DNA from: a virus
Lineage: Duplodnaviria; Caudoviricetes
DNA length: 35,545 nucleotides
Direction: 5' to 3' (one strand)
IMG/VR virus record: IMGVR_UViG_3300020570_000020
Span: 1-35,545 of that record
Shown here piece after piece: positions 7,500 through 15,432 of this stretch (its first letter is position 1; each line of letters opens with the position of its first letter). The notes beneath the pieces are model-generated. The model had not been told where the DNA came from. It worked only from the letters and a program-made list of their open reading frames with translations, and ran no database searches. The position numbers and the translations under genes were made by a program.

Positions 7500-7612
7500 T
7501 TAGAGATCTCATTGCATTCATTAAGCGAATGAAAAGGCTTTCAGATTACGAATGGAGACGGGTTCCGCCACCCGAATGGAAGGCAAAGCGTGGCGGTATT
7601 AACTACTGGTAG
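7496..7612 (+). CDS. 38-aa hypothetical peptide (not in ORF track)
   Basis: MIRDLIAFIKRMKRLSDYEWRRVPPPEWKAKRGGINYW, ATGA-coupled to the upstream gene. Confidence 0.6.
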   Translation: MIRDLIAFIKRMKRLSDYEWRRVPPPEWKAKRGGINYW

Positions 7613-7623
7613 GAGGCATTCAA

Positions 7624-7863
7624 ATGCCAGCAAGAGGAGCGGGATGGGCAAACATCTTTAGGAAAAGACCTAGGGGTTTTGTCCTTCGATTGGGGAAGCG
7701 TCGCTATTGGAACGGGCAAACGGACTCGTCGCTTGGATATGAAAGGTGGTTCACTAACTCACCTAGCAAAGCCCGTCTTTTCGCGACAAGGGCTGATGCA
7801 TATTCTGCTGCGGCTAACGCCGAGTATTTGCAGAACGCCAAGCCTGAGGAGCATTGGGGGTGA
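7624..7863 (+). CDS. Hypothetical protein
   Basis: AGGAGG SD. Confidence 0.65.
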   Translation: MPARGAGWANIFRKRPRGFVLRLGKRRYWNGQTDSSLGYERWFTNSPSKARLFATRADAYSAAANAEYLQNAKPEEHWG

Positions 7864-8078
7864 GCATTATCAATGGGGTTCTGTTTGGTGGAGGCAAGCC
7901 GAAGATAACGATGGATCAGTACAGAAAAATTCTTGAGGTCAAGAACAAGCCCGGCTCCAAGTACGGTCGTTACAAGGCGTTGCAAGTGGAGTTTGGAATT
8001 TCCCAATCAACGCTGTCATCCGCAGTCAGGCGAGGGGTAAAGGTTTACGACTACTTCATAAGAAAGGAAGGATCTTGA
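7860..8078 (+). CDS. Putative HTH protein
   Basis: YKALQVEFGISQSTLSSAVRRG HTH pattern, GTGA coupling. Confidence 0.6.
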   Translation: MSIINGVLFGGGKPKITMDQYRKILEVKNKPGSKYGRYKALQVEFGISQSTLSSAVRRGVKVYDYFIRKEGS

Positions 8079-8260
8079 TGACACCCGACACTTACCGGAT
8101 TCTTGAGATGGCTGTTCGGGATGGAATAGCGATTGGATATCGTCGAGCCTTCAAGTACGACGAAAAGCCAGACGATGACTTCGTGATTGACAAGATAGAG
8201 CAAGCGGTCATGACTCAGATTTGCGAGTGGTTTAAGTTTGAAGACAATGCTAAGGAGTAG
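8075..8260 (+). CDS. Hypothetical protein
   Basis: Operon packing. Confidence 0.65.
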   Translation: MMTPDTYRILEMAVRDGIAIGYRRAFKYDEKPDDDFVIDKIEQAVMTQICEWFKFEDNAKE

Positions 8261-8265
8261 CGAAG

Positions 8266-8478
8266 ATGCCCGACATGACAATGTGTAGGGGTGAGGAAAT
8301 TAGGAACGGAGACTCAAGGAAAATATGCCCAAGGCGAGAAACCTGCTACAGGTACACGGCAAAGCCAAGTGATCATTGGCAGTCTTACTTCTCTGTCGCC
8401 CCCTTCTACAACTGGAACGAGAGTTGCGACTACTACTATCGCGACATGAGTAAGTTTGTCGAAGAACAGACCGCATGA
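8266..8478 (+). CDS. Cys-containing small phage protein
   Basis: MPDMTMC...CP-x4-CYRY...QSYF...C, AAGGAG SD. Confidence 0.7.
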   Translation: MPDMTMCRGEEIRNGDSRKICPRRETCYRYTAKPSDHWQSYFSVAPFYNWNESCDYYYRDMSKFVEEQTA

Positions 8479-8885
8479 AGAGATGCTGCATCTGCGAGGC
8501 GGAGACTCGCCTGAATGCCGACACATGTTCTACCTGCAACAAGTGCATGAAGAACAGAAAGATTAGCGTCGATGAGATGAAAAGCCTTGCGTTGAGCAGT
8601 TGGTGGATCAGGTATTTAAGGAGAGCGATTTATGAAGCGAAAGAAGCGAGCAAGGATGGAACCCTCGACATTCTTCTTTACGGGCAGAGGGACTACTTCG
8701 TACCGTATGCTAGTTCCAATTTGCGCAGACGGAATAGAGCAACTAGTAAGGGAAGAATTAAAGGACTGCTTCGACTGCGCGGAGGAGGTCTCCCTGAAGG
8801 AGGCTTGCCTGAAGTTGATGGAGTACTACGGGATGCAGGAAGACTACCTGCCAATGAGGAAAAAACTGGAGGCAATCAAGAATGA
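8475..8885 (+). CDS. Hypothetical protein with N-terminal Cys cluster
   Basis: CCIC...CSTC, ATGA-coupled at both ends. Confidence 0.55.
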   Translation: MKRCCICEAETRLNADTCSTCNKCMKNRKISVDEMKSLALSSWWIRYLRRAIYEAKEASKDGTLDILLYGQRDYFVPYASSNLRRRNRATSKGRIKGLLRLRGGGLPEGGLPEVDGVLRDAGRLPANEEKTGGNQE

Positions 8886-8913
8886 AAAGCCAAAGCGAAG
8901 GAAGCACGGATAA
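8707..8913 (+). CDS. Hypothetical protein overlapping 8475-8885
   Basis: MLVPICADGIEQLVREELKDC... has a natural amphipathic composition, while the overlapped frame is R/G-rich. Confidence 0.5.
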   Translation: MLVPICADGIEQLVREELKDCFDCAEEVSLKEACLKLMEYYGMQEDYLPMRKKLEAIKNEKPKRRKHG

Positions 8914-9205
8914 GCCAATCGCCTATCTTGTGGACACCGTGATAAATGGAAAGGAGTTTGTGTACCTATCAACCTTCGCACCGAAGGATGATTGGTCTGT
9001 GGTGACGCCCTTGTATACCAGTACTGATATAGAGTCCGCAGAAAAGAAGGCGAACCCCGGATTACTTGAGATGATCCGCAGAAAGTCTTGGCGGATCTGG
9101 TGGCATCTGTGGACTGGTGATCATTCGCTCTACGCGACTCGTCGCCGTATAGAACACGATGCCCGTAGGTTTGGCGGCATCGTACTGTGGGACGATAGCC
9201 AGTAA
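8882..9205 (+). CDS. Hypothetical protein
   Basis: KPIAYL...PLYT, last gene of the + strand block. Confidence 0.6.
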   Translation: MKSQSEGSTDKPIAYLVDTVINGKEFVYLSTFAPKDDWSVVTPLYTSTDIESAEKKANPGLLEMIRRKSWRIWWHLWTGDHSLYATRRRIEHDARRFGGIVLWDDSQ

Positions 9206-9210
9206 GGAAT

Positions 9211-9250
9211 GGGGGCGGTATCGCCCCCGCCCCCGTAATCGATCGATTAC
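9211..9250. terminator. GC hairpin plus perfect palindrome at the convergence of two transcription units
   Basis: GGGGGCG-GTAT-CGCCCCC, then GTAATCGATCGATTAC (9235-9250). No clear U-tract on either strand. Confidence 0.45.
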
Positions 9251-9363
9251 TTGCCCTTCTTCACGGCAACGCCGGAACGCATGGGCTTGGCAGCCATCGG
9301 CTTAGCGGCAGCCTTCGCAGCCTTCTTCGCCATCGGCTTCTTGCCTTTCTTCATCATAGCCAT
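9247..9363 (-). CDS. 38-aa K/A/P-rich histone H1-like peptide (not in ORF track)
   Basis: MAMMKKGKKPMAKKAAKAAAKPMAAKPMRSGVAVKKGK, strong GAAGGAG SD just upstream. Confidence 0.8.
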   Translation of the reverse strand: MAMMKKGKKPMAKKAAKAAAKPMAAKPMRSGVAVKKGK

Positions 9364-9397
9364 TGTAGTCTCCTTCGAAGGCAAGACGCCCTCGGTG

Positions 9398-9712
9398 TTA
9401 GATAGTATTTTTTTTGCGCCACCAATGCAAGATGAAGTTCTCGGTCATGCGCCTGTACATATCATCAGGTATGTCATCGATGGCCTTCCTTCTTTCTTCT
9501 TTAGTAGCGAGATCAAAGATCGTTTTCCATAGCGTGTAGTACGAGAGTGCTAGCGTCTGCTCGCGCAAAAACTCAGGCACATTCTTTTCAAGCCAGTCTA
9601 ATCTGCCTTGGTGAGTGAGATGCTTACCGCATCTTTCAGCCCAGTTGAGGACTGGGAAGTCAGGTATGTACTGGTTGACGCCGGTAGGTTTTCTCTTACG
9701 AGACTTGCCCAT
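9398..9712 (-). CDS. Hypothetical protein
   Basis: 104-aa ORF in the minus strand operon. Confidence 0.65.
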   Translation of the reverse strand: MGKSRKRKPTGVNQYIPDFPVLNWAERCGKHLTHQGRLDWLEKNVPEFLREQTLALSYYTLWKTIFDLATKEERRKAIDDIPDDMYRRMTENFILHWWRKKNTI

Positions 9713-10071
9713 GCTCTAAACGACAGCGTTACCGGCTCGTTAGCCAGATCAAAAGCAATGTCGCTGTTGATCGACGAGAGCCGTACCGTCACCCTCCATG
9801 CTTGTCTGTTGCCGCGCCAGAACAGTGCTGGCATTTCCTTGTTGCGATCAGCCGCAACGGACACCTGCTTCCACCACTCGGGCTTGAAGTCATTGGCCTT
9901 GGCATAATGCTTAACCTCGACCGTCCACCCGGGAAGACCGTTCAGATCCCCCTGCTCATCGGATCGATACTGCTCAAGATTTCTGTTGAGCCTTATCCCG
10001 AGTTCGTCGTGGACTAGTGCGGCCACTTCCCTTTCGGCTGACGCTCCCTTCGCTCGACTGTTTATTGCCAT
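9598..10071 (-). CDS. PD-(D/E)XK endonuclease, Holliday junction resolvase-like
   Basis: NSRAKG-x3-ERE...GDL...EVK motif. Confidence 0.75.
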   Translation of the reverse strand: MAINSRAKGASAEREVAALVHDELGIRLNRNLEQYRSDEQGDLNGLPGWTVEVKHYAKANDFKPEWWKQVSVAADRNKEMPALFWRGNRQAWRVTVRLSSINSDIAFDLANEPVTLSFRAWASLVRENLPASTSTYLTSQSSTGLKDAVSISLTKAD

Positions 10072-10318
10072 TCAACATACTCCATGCCATGTTCGGCGGG
10101 ATCTTGTACTCGTTCTCAAGAATCAGAAGGCAGTAGTGGATACCCTTCAGGACATCCTGCTCACGCCCCTTGTATGGGTGGCGGGTAATGTACTTGATGA
10201 CGTTGCCATCTGCGAACGGGATCTTGTTCGCGATGCAGTACTTAGTTGGTTGGATCTTGAGATTCTTGTAGTGACTCCCACCAACCTGAATCTTTCCCGA
10301 TTCTTTTACAGACTTCAT
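9974..10318 (-). CDS. DUF3310 (SaV / T7 gp1.7-like) domain protein
   Basis: QVGGSHY...IQP...GNVIKY-x2-R...KG-x3-D-x2-K-x2-HY. Confidence 0.8.
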   Translation of the reverse strand: MKSVKESGKIQVGGSHYKNLKIQPTKYCIANKIPFADGNVIKYITRHPYKGREQDVLKGIHYCLLILENEYKIPPNMAWSMLNGNKQSSEGSVSRKGSGRTSPRRTRDKAQQKS

Positions 10319-10589
10319 TCAATAGTTCCTCTTCTGTTCCATATCGTTTTTCAAACGCCGCCTTATACGGGTGACGACTAGTTGCAAAATCTGTGTCAAT
10401 GCCTCCTCTGTGATGTGTCGGGCAGAGGGGGATGATCTTGAAGTGGGCGTGACGCTTGGTCTTACCTTCGATGTGGTGAACTTCCGCTGGCGACCAGACA
10501 TCATGATGCATCCTGCAAACAATACAGCCTAGGCTAGATACTTCATCGAGCCATTCGTGTTCAGCCTTTGTCGGCTTACGCCCTTTCAC
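10242..10589 (-). CDS. Ref-like (recombination enhancement) HNH nuclease
   Basis: LGCIVC...AEVHHI...IPLCPTHHR. Confidence 0.8.
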   Translation of the reverse strand: MKGRKPTKAEHEWLDEVSSLGCIVCRMHHDVWSPAEVHHIEGKTKRHAHFKIIPLCPTHHRGGIDTDFATSRHPYKAAFEKRYGTEEELLNEVCKRIGKDSGWWESLQESQDPTN

Positions 10590-10975
10590 TTCCTGTACTT
10601 CCTAACTTTCTTGGCAATGTCCTTGGGCTGCTTAACAAACTGCTTGCCCTTTCGCTTGCCATCGCGTTTCGCCTCCGTGGTTCTGCGGTATTCGGAGGAT
10701 GACAGCGACTTAATCGCTTTCTCTGGAAGGTAGCGTTCCCCAGTTTCGCTCGACGGCTTACCGCTTTTAGTGCGCCACTTCTGATCAGTCCACTTCGAAA
10801 GACTTTTCTGGGACTTGCTCTTCTCACCAGTGTATCCGCCGCCAGCATCCTCGTAACGCTTCGCAAGAAGTTGCGCTTTACGCGCTGACCAACGACCGGC
10901 AAGTGTGCCAGCAACATCCTCCGACATGATCTTGTTCTTGAGTCTGTTTCTAAGAACTGGTTTCGTGTATCCCAT
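10586..10975 (-). CDS. Basic protein (DUF5872-like)
   Basis: YTKP-x-LR...WSARKAQLL-x3-Y-x2-AGGGY...RYLPEKA...GKQFV. Confidence 0.75.
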   Translation of the reverse strand: MGYTKPVLRNRLKNKIMSEDVAGTLAGRWSARKAQLLAKRYEDAGGGYTGEKSKSQKSLSKWTDQKWRTKSGKPSSETGERYLPEKAIKSLSSSEYRRTTEAKRDGKRKGKQFVKQPKDIAKKVRKYRK

Positions 10976-10984
10976 TGCGAACTC

Positions 10985-11314
10985 CTAGCCGTAACGGCTT
11001 CGCTCTCTTCTGACATTTGCTTGCTCTGTGCGCCACATCTCAAACTCTACATCTCTTGCCCTGGCCTCGACCTTCACGGCGGCAAGCAAAGCCTTCTGCT
11101 TGCCAACCTCAAGTCGAGCGGCGAAGATCTGATCGTCTGCATCTGCGTAGGTTTGCTGTGCGTTGTCGGCCTTGAGACCCATCGAACCGGCCTCGACCTT
11201 TTTCATCGCGTAGAGTTTCTTTAGATTGGCTTCGGCCTGAGCAACCGCTATCTCAGCGTCCATCATCTGCTGCTTCAGGTCTCTGATTCTTTGTGCGAAG
11301 TTCTCCTGATCCAT
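10985..11314 (-). CDS. Coiled-coil hypothetical protein
   Basis: A/E/Q/K-rich helical sequence starting immediately after dnaB. Confidence 0.65.
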   Translation of the reverse strand: MDQENFAQRIRDLKQQMMDAEIAVAQAEANLKKLYAMKKVEAGSMGLKADNAQQTYADADDQIFAARLEVGKQKALLAAVKVEARARDVEFEMWRTEQANVRRERSRYG

Positions 11315-11315
11315 A

Positions 11316-12629
11316 TTAGAACGGCATGTGCCGTGCCTCCTTTGTCTTCTGCTCCCACACTTTCTGCGGCTTGTCTTGCGCGTCAGCGAATCGAGATTCG
11401 TTCGACGCGAACAGCAAGAAGTCCGTACCTACCTCTCCCATTCTATGCTTTCTCGTCAGGACTTCAACATATCCCTGAGCCGGGCTAAGCGGATCATAGT
11501 AATCCTCGCGATAAAGCATCATGATTATATCTGCATCCTGCTCGACAGACCCAGAGTCTCGCAGGTCGGACATCATTGGTCGCTTGTCCTCTCGATGCTC
11601 TACGCCACGGTTCAACTGTGAGAGGGCGATAACAGGTATCCCAAGTTCACGGGCGAGCGACTTGAGTCCGCTAGATATCCTGCCCATCTCCTCGACCCTG
11701 TTGTTTCCACCGCCGCCGCTCATCAGGCCGATGTAATCAACGACGATCATGTCCGGCCTTGCCCGTCTGGCCTTCGATGACAGCTGCTGGATGCTGATCG
11801 CGGGGGTCTCATCGATCAGGAGGTTTGCTTCTGCCAACTCATTGAGGGCGGCAGAAACCTTTTGCCCATAAAAATCAAAGGCAGACCCGTCGATAACCCG
11901 GCTAACCGGGATGTGGCATCTGGCCGCCAAGAGTTTCTGCATCACCTGTTGAGACGACATCTCAAGCGTGAACACCATGACCTTTTTGCCAGCGATTGCT
12001 GCGTTAAGCCCGATGTTCAAAGCGAATGTGGTCTTTCCCATCGATGGTCGGCCAGCGACAACGACAAGATCACCCTCGCGGAGACCCCTGAATCTTTCGT
12101 CGAGATCCTTGAAGCCAGTAGCAACACCAAGCATCCCGCCCTTTGAGCCGCTCGCCTTCTCCATGTACTCGATCAGGCCAACGACAAGTTCCTTACTGGT
12201 CTGCGTGGACTTCTCGGATGCGTTGCCAACGGAGAACATCCGTTGAATCTCGTCAATCTTGTCGTCAATTGAAGCCTTGGTCTGCAGGATCGGAAGGATC
12301 TGCTCAGCCGCATCAGACAACTGGCGAAGAATCTTAGCCTCTCGTATAGCCTTCTCGTAGAGTTGCCAGTTTGATGCGGCGTAAACGTCTGTCGCGATCT
12401 CGCAAACAAGATCACGCTCCTCCGATGTTCGCGGAATCGCATCAAGCAACCCTATGAGCGACGCATCTTTCCCAAGTTTGTATAGGGACTGCATCGTTTC
12501 GAAGATGTACTTGTGCGCGGGAATAGAGAAGTCATCCGGGGAAAGGATGGTCTCCCCAAGAAAACTTGTCTCGGCCATCATTGAGCCGAGGAACGCACGT
12601 TCGTGTGTGACCGGGGACAAATTACTCAC
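11316..12629 (-). CDS. dnaB: Replicative DNA helicase DnaB-like
   Basis: AGRPSMGKT Walker A, DYIGL, LSQLNR and SDLRDSGSVEQDAD. GTG start at 12629 overlaps the end of the initiator gene. Confidence 0.95.
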   Translation of the reverse strand: MSNLSPVTHERAFLGSMMAETSFLGETILSPDDFSIPAHKYIFETMQSLYKLGKDASLIGLLDAIPRTSEERDLVCEIATDVYAASNWQLYEKAIREAKILRQLSDAAEQILPILQTKASIDDKIDEIQRMFSVGNASEKSTQTSKELVVGLIEYMEKASGSKGGMLGVATGFKDLDERFRGLREGDLVVVAGRPSMGKTTFALNIGLNAAIAGKKVMVFTLEMSSQQVMQKLLAARCHIPVSRVIDGSAFDFYGQKVSAALNELAEANLLIDETPAISIQQLSSKARRARPDMIVVDYIGLMSGGGGNNRVEEMGRISSGLKSLARELGIPVIALSQLNRGVEHREDKRPMMSDLRDSGSVEQDADIIMMLYREDYYDPLSPAQGYVEVLTRKHRMGEVGTDFLLFASNESRFADAQDKPQKVWEQKTKEARHMPF

Positions 12630-13443
12630 GGTGATACTTCCCGTCGATGATCCGACCAAATCCTTGAGGTGAAAGCAGGAAGTCGATGTCAGCAATGAAT
12701 CGCTTGCGTCCGTTGGTTGGCATGGTCTTGCCAGTCAGGAACGCGGACTCGCCAACGAATTGAAAAAACTTCTGCCAGAACTCAAGGGTACTCGGGTCTT
12801 GAGTGCGACCATCAAGAACAATGGTCTCCCTGCACCTAGCCCTAAGCATGGTTCTCCGCTTGTCGGTCAATGCAACACACTTGGGGAGGGCGGGGAGCAA
12901 ACGATGGTACTCGGCCACCACTTCTTCAAGGGAAATGCTGGCACGGTTCTTGCTCTTATATATATCTATAAGATTATTATTATTACTACTAATACTTTTT
13001 TCTTTGGTTCTTTCTTTTTTAGTTTCCCGGAAGGCGATATTATGTAAAGTCGGAGGCAGCACCATAGGGTTAAGTGCTTGATCCGAAACGGAATCGATGC
13101 CTTCAGGATTCTGAAGGCTACCTTCAGGATCTTGAAGGTTACCTTCAGGATTCTGAAGGTTGAACCAAAGTATGTTGCTGTTCTTGGTAATGCTCATCTG
13201 CCTTGCCTCGCCCTCCCCTCTCAAAGACATGAAGCCTTTGGAAGAAAGTCTGGCGAGGTAGCCAGAGATAGTGGCCTCGGAAACCGACAGGGCTTCGGCC
13301 AAGATAGAGTTCTTGATTGAGAACCACTCGCCAGTCTGGCGTGAGCGGATTTCTGCGAGAAGAATCTTCTCCATCCAAGTCAGATCTCTGGCTTTCCAGA
13401 GTCCGCTCGGGATAAACACTCCGTCAAAGTATCGTTGTTCCAT
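12622..13443 (-). CDS. Phage replication initiator (lambda O-like architecture)
   Basis: N-terminal winged-HTH-like region, repeat and AT-rich linker, C-terminal ADIDFLL...IIDGKY. Directly upstream of dnaB. Confidence 0.8.
   Translation of the reverse strand: MEQRYFDGVFIPSGLWKARDLTWMEKILLAEIRSRQTGEWFSIKNSILAEALSVSEATISGYLARLSSKGFMSLRGEGEARQMSITKNSNILWFNLQNPEGNLQDPEGSLQNPEGIDSVSDQALNPMVLPPTLHNIAFRETKKERTKEKSISSNNNNLIDIYKSKNRASISLEEVVAEYHRLLPALPKCVALTDKRRTMLRARCRETIVLDGRTQDPSTLEFWQKFFQFVGESAFLTGKTMPTNGRKRFIADIDFLLSPQGFGRIIDGKYHRE
13100..13159. repeat. Three palindromic 18-bp iterons with 21-bp period (probable replication origin)
   Basis: CCTTCAGGATTCTGAAGG, CCTTCAGGATCTTGAAGG and CCTTCAGGATTCTGAAGG at 13100, 13121 and 13142. 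An AT-rich tract lies at about 12955-13025. Confidence 0.8.
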
Positions 13444-13470
13444 TCAGTCCATCCTCAGTCGTGGGTCGCC

Positions 13471-13544
13471 ATTTTTTGCTCGACTCGCAATCCGTGTCAA
13501 GTGGGTGATGACATGTTGACAACGAATCCGCGCTGCACTACGCT
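13471..13544. promoter_or_regulatory. Back-to-back divergent sigma70-like promoters
   Basis: + strand TTGACA(13516)-17 nt-TACGCT. Minus strand TTGACA(13500-13495) is followed by a weak A-rich -10. Confidence 0.6.
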
Positions 13545-13579
13545 TCGAAAACCTGCTCATTGGAGCATATGGAGGCTAC

Positions 13580-14245
13580 ATGGATTCATTCATCATATCT
13601 TCGTCTGACATTCGTCAGCAGACGGCTACTTACAAGCCGGTAAACTTTCAAGAAAAATCCAGAGAGATCTGGGAAAATCTTAGCAAGATCGACGTAACGC
13701 CTTACGTCGAGAAGAAGGTAGGTCTTACCTATCTTCCTTGGGCTTGGGCTTGGGCAAAGTTGATGGACAACTACCCGGACTCAGACTTTTACTTTGAGCG
13801 TAATTCTAACGGCTCAGAGGTTTGGCACTTCCCTGATGGGTCGTGCGAAGTGCGGTGTGTTCTCACTGTCTCAGGCGTCACGCGGCGATGCTGGTTGCCA
13901 GTCATGGACAACCGAAACAATGCGGTTAAAGAGCCTGACGCTCGCGACATCAACGACACCAAGATGCGATGCCTCGTTAAGAACATCGCGCTTTTTGGCT
14001 TGGGTCACTACATATTTACTGGCGAGACTGCACCAACACCCCCAGTGCAGGAGGAGAAAAAGGACACGAATTTCACCCTTGACTCCTCACTCGCCTACCT
14101 CTCTGAGGCGGCAGACAAGGATGATCTTCGCAAGAGAACACAGAACGTCCTTAAGGCTGCGGCCAATCGTGGGCTAGATGGAGACTGGAAGGATCAGGTG
14201 ATCGCTCATGCGACTGCCGTCTCGGAGAAGTTCAATGGCAAGTAA
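13580..14245 (+). CDS. Sak/Rad52-like single-strand annealing protein (DUF1071-like)
   Basis: LSKIDV...EKK-x-GLTYL-x-WAWAW...YP, LPVMD-x2-N and IN-x3-MRCLVK-x2-A-x2-GLG-x-YI. Confidence 0.85.
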   Translation: MDSFIISSSDIRQQTATYKPVNFQEKSREIWENLSKIDVTPYVEKKVGLTYLPWAWAWAKLMDNYPDSDFYFERNSNGSEVWHFPDGSCEVRCVLTVSGVTRRCWLPVMDNRNNAVKEPDARDINDTKMRCLVKNIALFGLGHYIFTGETAPTPPVQEEKKDTNFTLDSSLAYLSEAADKDDLRKRTQNVLKAAANRGLDGDWKDQVIAHATAVSEKFNGK

Positions 14246-15146
14246 GCAAGGCACGGCGGAATGGCTGGCTGAGCGAGTCGGAAAGATTACCGGCTCGCGA
14301 GTCGGCACGATCCTTGGACTTAACCCGCACCAAAGCCCATCCGATGTGATGCGCGAGATGGTTCGCGAGGCCAAGGGAGCGGAACGCGAGTTCAAGGGAA
14401 ACGCCGCAACCAAGCACGGTCAGGAGCATGAGGCTTACGGTCGGCGATACCTTGAGGTTCAGCGAGGGTACATGGTCGATGAGGTTGGGTTCATCACCCA
14501 CCCGGAGATCCCGTTTCTCGGCGCCTCCCCTGATGGACTCGTCGGGTTCGACGGGTGCATCGAGGTCAAGACGCCTTATTACGCGAAGCGTGTGTACACG
14601 CTTGCGGAAAAGCCGTACTACGAGGCTCAGTGCAGACTGGTAATGGAAGTCACCGGCACTCAGTGGTGCGACTTCGTTTGCTGGATCAGCGACGATGACG
14701 CCCACATGGAACGGCTTGAGCGAGATCCTAAGTGGATTGAATCCGTCCTCCCGAAACTGGAGGCGTTCCACAAGGATTATCAGCGGGTGATAAACGACGA
14801 AGAACTGTGCAAGCCGTTTTTGGATGAGGAAAAGAAGTTGGCATTTGTTGCCAACGATACAATGCACAGAGTCGCGACACTCGCCGCGCAGTTGCGTAAA
14901 CTTGACGAGGCTTCCGCCCCGCTCCGAAAGGAACTGGACGAGTTGAAGCAGAAGATTGGAACCGAGTACGGGTCTTGCACGAATGGAATCGTGAAGATCG
15001 CTCGGATTGAGCGTAAGGGTACAGTTGACTACAAATCTGTATTTGAAGAACTGAACCTGAATGAGTTGTTGGAGAGTAAAGGTCGCACTCTCGACTCCTA
15101 TCGAAAGAAGGCGACCGTGGCATATCAAGTGGAGATTCTGGAATGA
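14235..15146 (+). CDS. YqaJ-like (lambda-type) exonuclease
   Basis: Q-x-T-x-EW-x3-R-x3-ITGS, LGASPDG, IEVK-x-P, YY-x-Q and CDFV. Confidence 0.9.
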   Translation: MASKQGTAEWLAERVGKITGSRVGTILGLNPHQSPSDVMREMVREAKGAEREFKGNAATKHGQEHEAYGRRYLEVQRGYMVDEVGFITHPEIPFLGASPDGLVGFDGCIEVKTPYYAKRVYTLAEKPYYEAQCRLVMEVTGTQWCDFVCWISDDDAHMERLERDPKWIESVLPKLEAFHKDYQRVINDEELCKPFLDEEKKLAFVANDTMHRVATLAAQLRKLDEASAPLRKELDELKQKIGTEYGSCTNGIVKIARIERKGTVDYKSVFEELNLNELLESKGRTLDSYRKKATVAYQVEILE

Positions 15147-15430
15147 GTCAGTACAACGAGAATGGCAAGGTTGCCTTGTGGGCAAACGATAAGTACGAGC
15201 GTGGCGGTAAGCAGCCGTACGTCAAGGGAAATCTCACGGCGCACCGCAACATCAAAGCGGGTGAGAAGATCTCTATTGCACTCTGGGTAAACCAAAGCGA
15301 CAATGAGAAAGCGCCGAAACTTTCTGGCATGATCTCTGATCCTTTCAAGCCAGATGGCAAGGCCGCTCCGAAGGGTGGTAAGCCTGCTCCTTCTGCTGAT
15401 CCCGATTTCGACGATCCGCTTCCGTTCTAA
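15143..15430 (+). CDS. Putative small single-stranded DNA-binding protein
   Basis: Beta-rich core, P/K/G linker and acidic tip DFDDPLPF like the SSB C-terminus. Follows the annealase and exonuclease. Confidence 0.65.
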   Translation: MSQYNENGKVALWANDKYERGGKQPYVKGNLTAHRNIKAGEKISIALWVNQSDNEKAPKLSGMISDPFKPDGKAAPKGGKPAPSADPDFDDPLPF

Positions 15431-15432
15431 TC

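Noticed and set aside
9251-9532. + strand hydrophobic ORF resembling a membrane protein
   Set aside because: It is the antisense shadow of the Lys/Ala-rich peptide, which has the strong SD.
13100-13159. Palindromic repeats as a mini-CRISPR array
   Set aside because: Spacers are only 3 nt, the repeats are in frame within a gene, and no cas genes are present. Iterons fit better.
14232-15185. 317-aa antisense ORF spanning the exonuclease gene
   Set aside because: It mirrors a well-supported gene, has no motifs, and is explained by codon bias leaving the antisense frame stop-poor.
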